From Tubiluchus corallicola (lineage: Eukaryota > Animalia > Priapulida), in NCBI GenBank assembly GCA_030141605.1, contig JAQGDQ010000722.1:43630-107629 (forward strand): DNA of 64,000 nucleotides, given 5' to 3'. Made by a program: the position numbers and the translations under genes. The number at the start of each line of letters is the position of its first letter. The first letter of the stretch is position 1. Below the pieces are notes generated by a model that saw only the letters and a list, made by a program, of their open reading frames with translations, did not search any database and was not told the origin of the DNA. Below, piece by piece: positions 26,983 to 41,899 of the stretch.

Positions 26983-28447
26983 TTAAAATTTACAAAGATT
27001 ATAAGACATACTTAATAAAATGAGTGTTTACAAGTTAGAATTGTTGTTAAAATGCAGCGAATCGCCTGTACAATGTCCGTCATAGTGGAACAAGTAGTAT
27101 AAAAAGGTTAGCCTTAGTTGTGTTGAATGTTGTGTTGAAGTGGTAATACTGAGAATAAAGAGTTCACACAGAGAGATTTTCATGTTGCTTTCGGGATTCT
27201 CTGTCCTTGCGTGTTCGATTTATGCTTTATACTTTCCACAAAAGGCTGTGCCCATGGGAATTCCCATTATACTCGTATCTTTATGACTAGCCTGATTATG
27301 GTACAATATATCAATATTATACACCAGTAGTATTATATGTCAGCAATATCACCTCTCGGTTTGTTTAACATCTGGCGCGTGGTAGTCTAAGAAATAAGAA
27401 ATAAATTGTTTAATAAGAAATGGGCGTTAGTTTTCCAATTCCAAGGATTTCCAGACTTTCGTCCTTTTCCAAACAAAATGCCTTCCAGTGATTTATTACC
27501 TGACTGAAAGGCCCACAAATATATGTTTCCAGAAACCTTAAAACTCATTTCAATCTCATTTTAATTTACTGTCCAAAATATACACTTTCTTGCCTACAAA
27601 TATTAGCAAATTGTTTCTTATATTTGAATAATTAGCTTAGAAAGTTAATTAATGGCAACCGAACACAGCTATTGCTTACGTCAGAAGCTAACCATAGTTT
27701 GTGCAATGGCAGGCATCTCCCTTGCGCGTCAAACGCGTTTGCGTTTGTGTTTCAGTGCTGCTTAAGCGCGTAATGTCACGAAAATGAGCTCTACGTCATA
27801 TAATGTCAGAAACTAACACTGCAGTTCATGATCATAGTTATCACGCTACCGCCTTCTATTTGTCACTGAGCCGAGCGTAGCTTTGAAAGTTTAGCAAAAT
27901 TTGAGCATCTGAGGTAATTATTATTTAATCTAAGCTTTGATTTAAAAAAAGCCATTGTAGTTTTCAATATTTTAGAGCATTCCGTATTCTGAACTAATGT
28001 TTACACAATCGTCCGGTTTTCCTTTAATGGAATTTTATTCACATAAATGACTCTAACAGGCATTTCATATGCAGCGTAATTTATCCTTATTCTTTTGTAA
28101 TAAGCGTGATAATAATGATAAGTCATAAATTCTTAATGCCAAAAACAGTTACTGTATATTAACAATATCACACAATGAAACCTCTTTATTGAAAATGTAA
28201 CGTAATGAAAGTCTTACAAGCTGTACACAGCATAACTGTGCAGGGTGCAACGAACTATTCTGTCCAAGTTTAGGGTCTCTCAGACAACTCTGATTTCTCC
28301 ACTTGAAATCCTGAACTTTCATACCTACAAGAGCTTCGGTAAGCGGTGAAAGAACCACCAGTGAAAGTGCTGACAGCAACTTTAGTGTATTTGCAACTTC
28401 TATTTACCGTTAATATTTAATTTAATAACTGATAATTTTTGATGTTA

Positions 28448-28599
<152 letters not shown>

Positions 28600-30403
28600 T
28601 TATACTTTTTTATTTTATTTTTATTTAAACTTTGTTTTGTACATTAAACAAGTGGATAGCGTTGTAAGAAAAGCTAGAACACTTAGCTGTACACAAGACC
28701 AGAAGATAAACTCACAATAAAAGACTAATACACAAAACTAACACAAAAAATTAATCAAATGCTTTAAAGAACCATTAACAACAAGTCGTTTTTATTAAGT
28801 AGATTTGAGGACAGAGTTTTTTGGAAATAATTTGAAAACGTCGTCTTGTAAAAGTACTTTGTAAAAATTACGAAATTACGGTACAGTATTTTTTCAACAG
28901 TACGGTGCGGTACGGTACGAAATTGCGGTATTTTTTCGTACCTTTTCCATAACATTTATCCCCAGTTTCTTGTAACGTTTCTATTGGCCAGCAACTTAGG
29001 GTGAGGACTTATTTTGCTCATGTGTGGGACTTACTGTTCTCCCCTAATTAACACAATTATAAAAAGAAAACAAGGACAAGTCATTAATGACTGGTTTCGA
29101 AATAACCCAATCATTGCAGCAGCATTATTGTAATCAAAAACGTCATGCAGGTGCGCTAATATCCCCGAAGTCTAAGCCACAAATAGATGTACTATTTTAG
29201 AATGAGTGTTTTTCAGCATACTGTGAAGGTCTGTTGTATCAAGAACCACCTTCAGTAAAACTAGATGTTTTGGTTACCTGGTAATCAGTGTCAGTAGTAC
29301 ATCTGTAAATACAAGATACTATTTTTAAACTTTTTTATTGCACCTAATAAAGTTAAACTTGGAATACATCTTAAGAATTTTTAGAATTTCAATTTTTGTT
29401 TTATATATTTTTTAATTATTTCTTAATTTATACCAGTATCAAATTATTCAATGCTCAAAAAACAGTATTTTTGGTCTGTGAGTATAAGGTACTTACATAT
29501 ATAATACAGATCTTTACAGTTTAGCCTCTGGATAATATATTGTTATAATATAATTGTCTCAATACAAAGCAAAATATGTCTCGAACGGTTTTCGGTTCAC
29601 ATTTGCGTGGTCTGCTAATTTTTATTTGACGGTCATTTCACCCTTTTCTTTTGTCTTTTCAGATGAATTTTTAGCTAGTGGTCCTTTTTCCGTGGCGGTT
29701 CTTCAATTTATGGCTCCTTTGACCTTATCCATATAGTGTGCACAGTAAGTTTCATTTTCCCTCCACTCTACAAAACAGACTTTTTACATAAAATAAAAAC
29801 CGCTCGAAATTTTTCATCTTTGCAGGCTTTTTCCACACAGAGCTTGTCTTAGCAATAACGCTGTAAATAATCAAGAGCAAACATTTTAATGGTCGTCGTT
29901 GAATAAGAAATTTAAGCAAGTTTAAATAACGTTGCGTAAAGTTCGAGAAAATAGTTAAAACATTGGTAGCGCGCATTTCACTAACCAGTAAAAGCATGAA
30001 TTATTTTACCTTGTCAATAAGATTAGCAATATGTTTTTTTGAACCATTGACGTTTTTTAGTTCGCACTAATGGTGTTTTGGCACTAGTGCGAGCATTTTA
30101 AATTACTGGGAATATTCTTTTCGAATTACATATGTTTTTCAAACAGGTAAGCATAATGTTAAATATGTAATATATAACTTTGTTATGTTTTGGGACATAC
30201 TTTTAAATACTTCCAAATCTTGGTAGACTCGTCACAGAGATAACCTCAACAGGAAGCATATTCCACATCTTTGAAACTTTGCAATGAAAAGTTGCATCTC
30301 CCAAAACACTTTTTGCGCTGATAATTGTTCATCATGTGCTGTCTCCTTCTACTGGAGATTGATACAAGGAAAAATCACCTTTTCTATCAGAGTATACATT
30401 CTT

Positions 30404-30526
30404 CTAAAATTCACATATGCCGTCTGTCAAACGTCGATACCGCAAATGGCAAACTTCATAAGGATCGTCAGCCGATATCGGCAAATATCTTTTTTGTACA
30501 GATTCCAGTTCTAGAACTTGCTTTGT
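30404..30526 (-). CDS. Candidate terminal exon of an unknown prepropeptide (TKQVLELESVQ-KR-YLPISADDPYEVCHLRYRRLTDGICEF*)
   Basis: Acceptor CAATCCTTATAG|ACA, open 40-codon frame with KR followed by a two-Cys C-terminal peptide. Upstream exon not established. Confidence 0.3.
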   Translation of the reverse strand, partial: TKQVLELESVQKRYLPISADDPYEVCHLRYRRLTDGICEF

Positions 30527-30794
30527 CTATAAGGATTGAATGTTGGGTCAATAAAATTACTAGACAGTTAGTTGGAGATGTTACATTCATGGCCTATGGG
30601 TTCCACACCGGGTTGACATACTGTAGATGTGGCCTCACTATTGTTTTATAATATTATATTGGCCCATAAAGTTGGGTGATCTGTTCTTAATACATCTGCG
30701 AATCTAACAAATTTTATTGTTGGCCTTTAAAGTACACATACGGATAAGGCTGTGCGTCCCAATGCAGAATTTATAACACACTTTGATTAAGGTG

Positions 30795-30873
30795 TATATA
30801 TATATGTGTGTGTGTATGTGTGTGTGTATGTTTGTGCGTGTGCGTGTGCGTGTGCGTGCGTGCGTGCGTGCGT

Positions 30874-30905
<32 letters not shown>

Positions 30906-30935
30906 ATAAATAGATAGATTGATAGATAGATAGAT
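30795..30935. repeat. Compound (TA)/(GT)/(GCGT)/(GATA) microsatellite
   Basis: Direct reading. Confidence 0.9.
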
Positions 30936-31109
30936 CTTGTTTATATATTTCCAGCTGTTACGGTGTGATTTTTTGCACTTGTGCAAGTCATTTGAACTTT
31001 AGCGTTGTTTTTGCATCCACTGGCTGAACCATACATGACAAGTGCAGTATGTAAAAAGTTCTTTTCATAATGATGATCTTAATGATTAACTTAATATTGG
31101 TAATTTCGG

Positions 31110-31268
<159 letters not shown>

Positions 31269-34200
31269 TACTAAGTGCTGGCATATACGTATGATAACCT
31301 ATATAAACACATCAGTTCTGGATAATGCATGTATTGTCGTTTGTGACCTTGCAATATTTACACTCTACTGCTCTAGCTGTTGGCCAGTAACTCATTGTAA
31401 TAAAATTTATTAATGTTGACAGTTGGCTGACTGAAAAGTTGACTGGATCATAGCAACACATTACGCAGAAACAAGATGAAGTGCCGCCCGGGTATTTTAT
31501 CATTAATTTTTATTTATTAATAACCCGGTACGCTTAGCACATCCCAATGAGTATTGTATTGTGCAATGTATGCGGGAGAATTTATTAAGAGTTTTAAATG
31601 CAAAGAATTAAGCTGTAGCAAGTTTACAAAAATGTCTTTATGATAACTTCGCAAAAAGGCATATTGTTGAGCATGCCTTTGATTAATAATAAAATACCCA
31701 GTTTGGTTTTGAATCGAATCAAGGTTTTGCGCCAATTAATACGTTGTTATCACCAGACTTCTATCATTAAATACTAATAGGGTTTGTTTGTATACTCTGA
31801 CATTTATAATTATGATTGAATGGCAGTTTTTTGAGAAACATTAGTGTCCATACAAGGCAAACCTGAGTAGTAGCCGTATAAGTGATTAAAATTTTATCAC
31901 GTGTCTTTCTCTTACCGATGTTATCATTACCGTCATCGTCATCATGGGTGTAAGTAACATCACAGGTTGGTTGCCATTATTTCAGGCAGCTGCTTAGAAG
32001 CCTAAGATAGACTATAGTATCAAGTAGTGATTTATCTGTAGTTTTAACTGATGGAAAGAAGGAATTAATTAACACAAATGATAGAATATTAATTGTGAAA
32101 TGAACCCTCAATTATTATATTGTGAAATTAAATTATCAGAAATGAAGGAAAATGCGAAAAGGTCGGAATTGAGTTTGGATTCGAACCAGAGACCTATCGG
32201 GTACAAGTAAGGTCGCATTTCAGATTTTTTCCGGAAGGCGGGATTTTCTCAGTTAGACTGATGTTTCACTCACTTCTTCGAAAACTTTGTTGAATTTGAT
32301 TCTAGAAAAAAGGTAATAAGAATTTAAAATATATTGTAATATTAGAAACACCAGAAAAAAGTTTTAAAACGCACATAAACATGACATGACACATAAACGT
32401 GGTAACATGACATAAGTGTCTTTGTGGTACATCACACAATAATGATAATATCAACCATTCTGGAATGCGAAGCACTGGGTTACTCGCTCGCCGTATACGC
32501 AAGCTAGACACAAGCGCACGTATGTTTTCGTTGCAGGTGTTTGCAAGATGTACAAACTTTAGTAAAATGCTATGTTTCGGATGATGCCCTTCGTCGGTTC
32601 CTTTAAGTCAGTCAGAATTTTTTCTGCAATAGTGCTCAATTGCGGTGTTATAATATAAAGAAAAAGCCACCCAAACAATGTACAAAACAATAACAACAAA
32701 AATATGTTGCTGGGTGTTGAAACTCTCAGAAATGATGCTAATAAATCCACTGATAATCAATAATTCGCGAACATTTTACGTAGTTTACTTTCTGGTGAAT
32801 GATGGTAATAAAGTGTTAAAATTTTACATAGTCTGCTTGCTGCTCCCAAAATGATGATAATAAGCAACTTTGCTGTCAGCAGATTATAGATACGCGTTTG
32901 CAGTTGCCATAGATCCAAATTTTTGTGATCATTTCCTGCGTATTGTTTGCCTCACAATGAGGAAATGGCAAAGTTTTGTATTACATGAACAACCGGCATC
33001 ATAGCGAAAAGACGGTTTTATAGAGCTATGAGCAAGAGAGTAATTCAACAATAACCACTTTGTTGTTTGCATATTGCGCAATTGCATTGATAATAGAGTT
33101 TAAAAGTGAGAATAAGTGTGGCAGAGGTTGTCGTCCACATCTTAACAACAAAGGAAAATCTCGAAAATAGCAAAATAACTTTAAGATCTAATGTTCCACA
33201 CTATAGAAAAAGTATTAAAAGCAATTTTCTGTTAACGGTTTTAATGGATTCTCTGCTAAGAAGTGTTGCGTTTTATTGAACAATTAGAGGACTACCCTCA
33301 TTAATTAAATTTTTACCATACGATGAAATACTTTAATATCAGGTTGCGATAATGAAGATTTACACAGAATTTTATGCGCCCGACTGCTACAATTTCAGTC
33401 ATATTGCATGCTGCACAGCGTAATGCTAGCAGGGCGTAATACTCACTCTCCCGATATTAAACATAGTTTCAATAATAAGTACAATAATTCGTAATACAAG
33501 TTTTATACTGAAATTTTAAAAGTGATATCATTTTATGGGTAAGCTGTTGTCACCATTATTAATTATTACTAACACGAGTTTTATTGTTTAACAAGTCATG
33601 GAGTAACTGTAGTGTACTGAAAAAGCAAAATCGTTCGCTTAATTAAAGGGGAACCGGACCCAATTTTAAACGAAAAATAAGCGAATGTATAAAATATTGA
33701 AAGAGAATATAATTGTTTTACGTATAAGAATGACATACGTGAAAGAAATACTACCACAGAAGTTTACTTTCATGTTCACTCGGTGTTACTGCATATCGCA
33801 TTTGCTAGTTTGATGGACATAGCGCCTGTATCTCGGAAACGCGTTGCACAAAAAAACGGCACTGTACCTCTCATTCTTTCTGACGTAGCACACATTAGTA
33901 GTGAAATTGCATAACGATACACCGGTAAGGTTTGAATTCAAATTTTTAAACATAAATTTGCTCAGCTTTTGGGTATCACAGTTAAAGTTGTACGGTAGCA
34001 TTGTATTTCAAATTTCACTTTTACAAACAAGTGCAACACACTCGCGGAAAGATACTACCGTTAAAAATTATGTCTTGTTCTCACGACATCGCTTGTTGAG
34101 TTCGCTTGCCCTTAGTTAAGTTTTTAAGCTATCATCTAATTATCAGAAACATTATATGTGTGAATGTTGCCATTATTATAAGTGTTAAAATGTATATACA

Positions 34201-34450
34201 TTTTATCGTACTTCAAAACACAACAGAATATAAAAAATCATCCTGTTTTCCTTTAAACAAAAAGACGTAATGTTTATGTATATGGACGACGATAGACAAT
34301 TAGTGAAAATTTGTGTAAATTCATGGACAGTTACACTGTTTTAAACAAACGCGTCACACGCAAGCGACTCCACAAATGCAAGAAAGCGTAAGCATAAGCA
34401 ATGGACAAGTAAAATTACGGAAACTGCGCTACAGTAAAATCGCACAACGA

Positions 34451-34613
<163 letters not shown>

Positions 34614-36582
34614 TCCTCTCTGTATCTTTCTCTCAACGTCATAATATACGAAACATAGTCGTGCATTAGATTTGGTTCAAGCTCATGGTTATACCTTAGA
34701 AATACAGTTTAATAGCGCTGTCATAGCCAGAAATGAATAGCACTTACGTTTTTTACCGACAGATGACACCACTAAGCTATTGCACACGCACATGCACGGT
34801 TACTGCTCACTAGTTCAGTCTCAGACTTCCAAACATGACGGTCCATGTTAATAACTAAGCACGGACAATCTAGCTAAACTAAAAAGTTGAATTGTCTTCA
34901 GAATTTATAAAAATCACAAGTTTTGTCTTTACTTTTTATTTTTATTTATTTATTTATATTTTTTTGTTGGGAGGAGCAAATATTTCAATTAGTCTAACCT
35001 GTGGCAACTGAAAAAACTGCAGCGAACTAAATGAATCTTATACATTTTAAGACGCGAATCTGCGGCCCATGAGGTTTTTTTGACGTCCATCCTCAGTGAG
35101 CTAAGCAGGCACTGCACTGACATGGCGCCTGTACTCACATTTGAAACCCGTTACATATTAGTTGTTATAGGCTCATAAAAAGCACATGTGGAAGTCAGAG
35201 ATTTGGGAAATCACTCCAAATCAGGCTAGCTGAATTTTAGCAGCTCTTCTTTTATTTAGTTGAACTAAACAAAAATATTCGCTTTATAAGTTAGAATACA
35301 ATAGAGGGTGCTAGACTCCAGATGAGCCCATCCCATCTCTTATTGCTACGCCAGCTAAAAATGCCATGGCAAGGGCTTTGTAAATCCGAATATTCTTCCA
35401 TTTTTCGTGATATTCAACGACAGGTGGCACTGCAGCAAAATGAAAGTACGTGACTTCGTCGTAGATGTATTTTGACTCTAAGACAGGATTTTTCATATAC
35501 TACCCCATTTTCAAGTACTGTAAAAAGTATGCATTTTAGCACCAATAATACTGCAAAAGCGTTTCTGGTAATTAAGTAACAGATTAAAATCTGAATTAAC
35601 CGCGGGCGAGCCCAATTATTGATAAAAAACATAATTTTCAACAGCAAAAACATCCCCATACCGCTGTGTTCACACATGACCTTTCGAACGTGAGCAGTAT
35701 ACGTCACAAACGAACACTTCTGAACTGAGCCTGCTTTTTGTTCAACGCGTTTCCGATATGCAGGCGCTAGTGCCCTTCTAACGAGCGAATGGTGAAATGC
35801 ACGTAACAGCGGAGAACTAGTGGCGCGAACGCGAAATTGCGTTAGCGTGGTAATAATTCTTTCACCTAAGCCATTTTTTAAAAAAAATGGTATGTTTCCA
35901 TTCAATATTTTAAAGAGTAGGTTGTTTTGACCTACATTGAGTTTAGAACCGGTTTTCCTTCAACGAGAGTTGCGTAGTTCTGCAGGAAACAGTTCTCAAT
36001 GATAAAACCAGCTTTTCAAGTCTTTTTTGCGAGGAAGAAACTGATATTTTGTTCTTTTCTATAACTTGAAGTGCTTTATAGCAAAAACATTTCTTGTAGT
36101 TGAGAGGAGTAAACTGCCTGTTAGTGAAACAACATACAAAATGTGTAAACCAAACGAAAATAATGAATACTTCATTTCAAAGTATTTATTTAGAAGCTGA
36201 TAAATAATTTCGTGTAATGAGTAACAAACATTTACTGACCTGATCAATTGATCATTAATGGTAGATGAAATTTGCTGTCGTCTAAATAAATGCCAACTCT
36301 TATATATTAGGATGGTTTGTGTGTATCGTGAAATTATCTCGGTTAAATTAATTAATTTAAATCTCATTATCTCATCGTATTTATGTTTATGTCACCGGCG
36401 TCCGCATGTTGTTTGTTCGTTGTCTCATCTATTACGTCATCTATTTCATAAAGCTCAACGAAGTATAAAAATTAAACAGACTCCTAATTTTCTCTTTGAC
36501 TTTCTCACTGGCTTTCCTTATATGTTATTTTTTCTTATTCACTCTTTTTTCAGTCTTCTCTTCCAACAATCTCTCCTCCTTC

Positions 36583-36730
<148 letters not shown>

Positions 36731-37340
36731 CTCTTTCTCGATTTCGATTCTAAGAAAAGACACGTTCAATTGACTTCGTGCCAGTTCGCATATATGACGT
36801 ACTACGCTTAGAATTAAATGCCATGCTTTATGATTCCATTTGTTTTCTCTAATTACCAGTATAAAACAGATTGCTCTAAAAAAACAAGAAATGACTTTCT
36901 CACATGCAAAGTACAATTGATAAAATAGATTTAAATCCATCAAACAAGTTTTTATTCGACGTCTGCAGGTGAAACTTTTTTATAAAGAGCGCAAGCAATG
37001 GTATTTCTTGCGAACTGCAACTTAATTGACGAAATAAATCAATTGTCTGTTCACTGGAGAAACCGATGTGGCATTTTCCAACTGAGAAACGTCCACGAAT
37101 CTATAGACGCGTGTAGCAAAGTTGCTGGTGGTGGTGAAGCCCTGATGGTGATATGTGTTGTAAAAACTTGGTTCATGAATAAGCTTTTGACCTACGCTCC
37201 TGTTTAAACGGGAAAGGAACATCTCTGTAATAATAGTATCTGTTATGTAGTTGTAGGATTGTTATTAACAGTCGGCAAAAAGCTCGTGAGCTTATGTTAA
37301 TTGTTTATCTAAAGCCGACTTTAAATAAAGATGATTATAC

Positions 37341-37443
<103 letters not shown>

Positions 37444-39296
37444 TATCAGCAGCGCCCACTATAAAATCAAGATGACGAAACGCTGTCTGATTCACGGTGA
37501 AAAACTTGAAAGTTGCTTGCAACTTGAGCTGCTTACAACTTAACGAAGTCTTAAATTCAGTGAAAAGTTATTCGCTTTTCACTTTCACCATTATAAAGTG
37601 ATTCCATTACTCTTTAAAATCTATGAAACTTGAACTAGTTCCTGTTTTAAAAAGTTAATGTAACTACGAACTATAGTTACAGAGGGATTTGGCACTGAAA
37701 TATATGGTTTCGTTCCATTTGCCACTTAGACTTCGCTTTAATTTTTCTTACACTTTTGATCTTGCCTTCTTTGCCTAGGTAAGCCCATGCATTGAAAAAG
37801 CAAAATATGTTGCTATTAGGGATATTTGAAAGGTACTAGTAGTTATTTTTGCTCGTTTACCATGGATTATATTGGACATCATGCATGAAAACAATGCAGT
37901 GAACAGTAACTGAACTAAGTTCTTTTTGGTGCAAAGTAACTTGAAACGTTCAGTTACTAAAAAGTCAGGGAAACTAGAAACTTGGTTTAGCTCATTTCGT
38001 CACGGAGGAACTTAGAACTGCCATTAATTTCTGTTCTTGTCAGAGAATTTCGAACGTATTGGAACTAACCCTGAAGAAATTGTGGTGGTGATGGTTGCGG
38101 TGGTAAAAACAATGCCAACAGTGACAATACTTATTATTTCTGTTTAACGTGTTGTATGTTTCGTAATACTGTAACCACGGCATATTGCACAACAAATGAT
38201 ACAAAGACGTTTTTAAGCATCCACGGCCAACCGTTGAAGCTGATTTAGAAGCAAATGCAAACGTCTCAACTCAAGCGGCTTTTAACACAATTTCTAACTG
38301 GTGAAGCGAAAGTTTGTCTATGTAATGATTGTTATGTTATTTTTCACAAAAATTAATCACCGTCTATGTGAGCAAGACAATGTTGTCTTTAGAATAAGAC
38401 TAGATATACAAGACTTGGTGTCCCCTTTTCCAAATTCTGTAGCATCATGTCTTTGAGCCATATCTTAATGGACTCATTCAATCTTAGCGATAGCTAAGCT
38501 ACAATCTTGCCGAAATCTGAAAGTTAGGAGTTATCAAAAGACGCTTTTTCAAAGAAATGGCCATCTGTCTGACTTCAGTACACTATTTTCAGCGTATTCA
38601 GCGTAAACATCAATATACCATGTTCAAGTTCTATATTACAACATTGCCGTTTACAGTTTTCAAAAAACAAATAGGATTTTCTTTCAAACTGATGACGTTC
38701 ATTTATTATTTTTTGCGACAATCAGTATTAACAACAAGACTTAAGGCAGACATTGCAGGATACAAATGTGCAAAGCTTTTGTAGTTAAATATGTAATTAG
38801 TACTAATAATTAAAGTGGTTATGAACTTTAGGACGAGTTAAAAACAATAAGTTGCTCATGGGATGTTATTCTAATAAACATGTTAATAATGTAATATATA
38901 ACTAAGTGAAAAGTCCTTTATAACGAGGGTCAAAATGGGAGCCATGGTTGACTAACGATTTTTTTATTTTTTATTTTTTGTTTCCACATTGCCTTCCCAC
39001 CCAGCATAGAACCCTATTTCAATAATATCAATATTCTCGATTTCGTTTTCTCATACTTGATAACTAAAGATTAAAAACTTAAATAAATTAAAAGTCTATA
39101 TAGACGTGGATAAACCAGATAAAAGGAACACCTCCGTAATCGAACTGAATTATTTTTGAGTGTCAAAACGTCTTAGTGAGTGCGTTACTGGCTGGGAAGT
39201 GCGTAAATAAGTAGATTGTTATTATGAATACAGCGGTAGTCATGTAGTACGTAGAAATCCACTATGTACAGTAATCAGTTGAGTAGCTTGCAACGT

Positions 39297-40669
39297 TCAC
39301 TGCTGAGTTGGGTGCAGATTGCCTTTCATTCTCAGTAACGCACGCATCTCTTCTTTAGATAATATGGAATTGCCTAAAATGAAATAGAAAAAACATCACG
39401 TAAGGTTTTTACTTGGTTGCAACGCGAACTTTGCAGGAGACAAGCAATACTTTTGCACCACATAGTAAAACATCTTTCTCTTACGCAACATATACGATTT
39501 TACACGAATACGAAATACAAATTCACGGAAATTTATACGTTATTGGCAATTGAGAGTAGTCAAACGATCATCCGACCTACCTAAAAGCTTGTGAAGGAAA
39601 AATTATTTTATAGGAAGTATAAACAACCGAAACTCTTCAGAAATCTGAACATACTTGTTTAACTTGCCGAAACAGTTTAGATTACGCCGTTTAAGTTTTA
39701 ATCAAAGCGCGGTTGCAAAAATGTTTATATTTAAAATAGGTTAATTAGCTAGTCAACTAGTAACCATTTTGTGGCTATTATCTTTTCAGCATTACAGCAG
39801 TTTTACAGTGGCAATGACGATTCTGAAAGTGAGCGATTTATGAAATTGTGTTTTAATCGCAGTCAGATGAAAAAAGAAATCTTTATCTCAGAAAATCACA
39901 AAACTTTGACTTAATACCCATGTTATTGGAGGGCTAAAAGTACTTTATTAACTGCTGTCAAAATAAAAGAAAAGAAGACAAACGAAGTATTTATACAACA
40001 AAAAACTCCCATTTGAATTTTAGTGCCCACTTTAACCTGCTTTATTGGTAAGTTTGTACATTGGTAAAGTTCCTCCCCTGAGAGCCAGTTAGTTCCCGAC
40101 TATACTTTTCTCTTTCAGTTGTCTATATTGTCGGTGAGAACTACACAATTTCACAGATAAATAAAATGACAACTTCGTTTAAAATACAATATCATGTAAT
40201 ACTGTAATACTTACTGTCATTGTCGAAGTAATCAAATACAAGCCTTGATGCCCACTGTCCTAATTTATCCTTCACAGCTTTATGATCATAAAATTCCAAT
40301 CTTTCTACCTGGTTGTTGTGATTTCTGTCAAAATTTCGAAAAATGACATCAAAATTTTGACTTGTGATAGCGCTGAAAGGGTTAAATGTTGATTTTTCTC
40401 TTCGTCCTATTCTTGGCAGCTGTCCAGCAGACTTAACGTAAAACTGTGACGTCACCACATCGCCCAAAAGCAGGATACTGAGCAGGGACGAGTAGACGTG
40501 TATTGAGGAGATACCTGGAAAAGAAAAGAGCAAATATTTACATGAATTATTAAGCGTTCACAGTTCATAGGCCGCTTAATGACGCATGATATTTTATTGC
40601 GCATACGTGTGAATGCAATAAAAACATAAGTAATAGTTAATAAGGAGACAGAGAGAAAGAGAGAGAAAA

Positions 40670-40703
<34 letters not shown>

Positions 40704-40955
40704 TCGAACAATTTAATTCATATCTTTACCAATTTTTGGAGACTTAATTGGCACTTTGTCTTCTTGACGATTATGACCGTAGCAAGTCTCAGAAGAGCAC
40801 CATTTTATTTTCAAACCAAATGTAAAGACGTTTAAATAACAAAAGTTACAATTAGCGTTATTATTAGTGTCATTTTCTTACTTGCAAAATACTGTATATA
40901 AGTACACCATCTCTTTTCAGGGTCATAGCTACAGTGCACAGTATTTACCTGACAT
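39297..40955 (-). CDS. PRXamide (ETH/pleurin-like) neuropeptide precursor with a C-terminal EF-hand pair, ~127 aa, 3 exons
   Basis: Exons 40955-40949 (ATG TCA G|GTAAAT; least certain), 40514-40215 and 39373-39297, both introns phase 1 GT-AG. Protein: MSGISSIHVYSSLLSILLLGDVVTS-QFYVKSAGQLPRI-G-RR-...FDVIFRNF DRNHNNQVERLE FY...LVFDYF DNDSNSILSKEE MRALLRMKGNLHPTQQ*. TATA-like TATTTAAA near 41020-41028. Confidence 0.82.
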
Positions 40956-41899
40956 TTTCGCTAATACAACACATTAGCATTATCAATCAAGATGTGAGGA
41001 CAGTTAATCATCTCTGTCTATTTAAATAATCGTAATGCACAAATTGCATCATATTTATTTGGTTTGCTTTATATCAGAAACAACAGAAAATTGGCTAACA
41101 AAATATTATTAGGAAAGGTTGTTACTAATAAATTACTACAGCAAGTTAACAAGTGGTTAATAGTCAAAAAATAATGTGATGTAACGTTTACAAGTGTTTC
41201 ACTTATAATCTAATTTAGTCAAATATTAAATGACATGGGATTCAAATACTGAACGTGTTATTTTTAGTAATAACAAACATCATGCATGAAATATGATTTA
41301 AATCGCTAAAATTATATTTTTTTGTTTGCTTCGCGAAATGTAATTCTTAAAGCAGTCCTACGAATACGGATTAACAGACATGGAATCCATCTCTTCAATG
41401 CAGCTATTACATAATTATCGATGTCTTTCTTCTATATTTTACGAATGCTCATTAATTTAACTTTCGTACGTTAATTTTTTTGTTATTCCCAAAAATGTTG
41501 GCCATCAACTTTGAGACATAGACTGGGTTCAATTTTACTAAATCAGTATTTGGCATTCACAAAATTTTAGTTGCAACGCATCTCCACATGATCTCTAAAG
41601 GCAAGCAATCCGCATGTTAGCTCTAACTTGTCACGGGATGGATGGAAACGACAACCTGTTGCAGTTTTCATGGCGCAGAACGCGAGAAAGAGGGAGAGAG
41701 AGGCAGCAACAGCGAAAGCAAAAACAACAAAAGGAAAAACGAAATGGCAGCAGAAGAGTGGGAATAAAGAGGAAAAAGATCAAAATAAAAAAGCAGTGAG
41801 TTGACACTGTTATCACAAATATTCCAAAACAAAATGCACATAAATGCACATATTACCAAGGTTACCACATATTGCCACCCCACCGTTATCCCGATATGT

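Noticed and set aside
30284-30514. Plus-strand CADNCSSC resembling the eclosion-hormone C-x2-N-C-x2-C start, and CLQDVQTLVKCYVSDDALRRFL* after the acceptor at 32536
   Set aside because: No signal peptide, the expected intervening cysteine and usable splice sites are missing, and no coherent model could be built.
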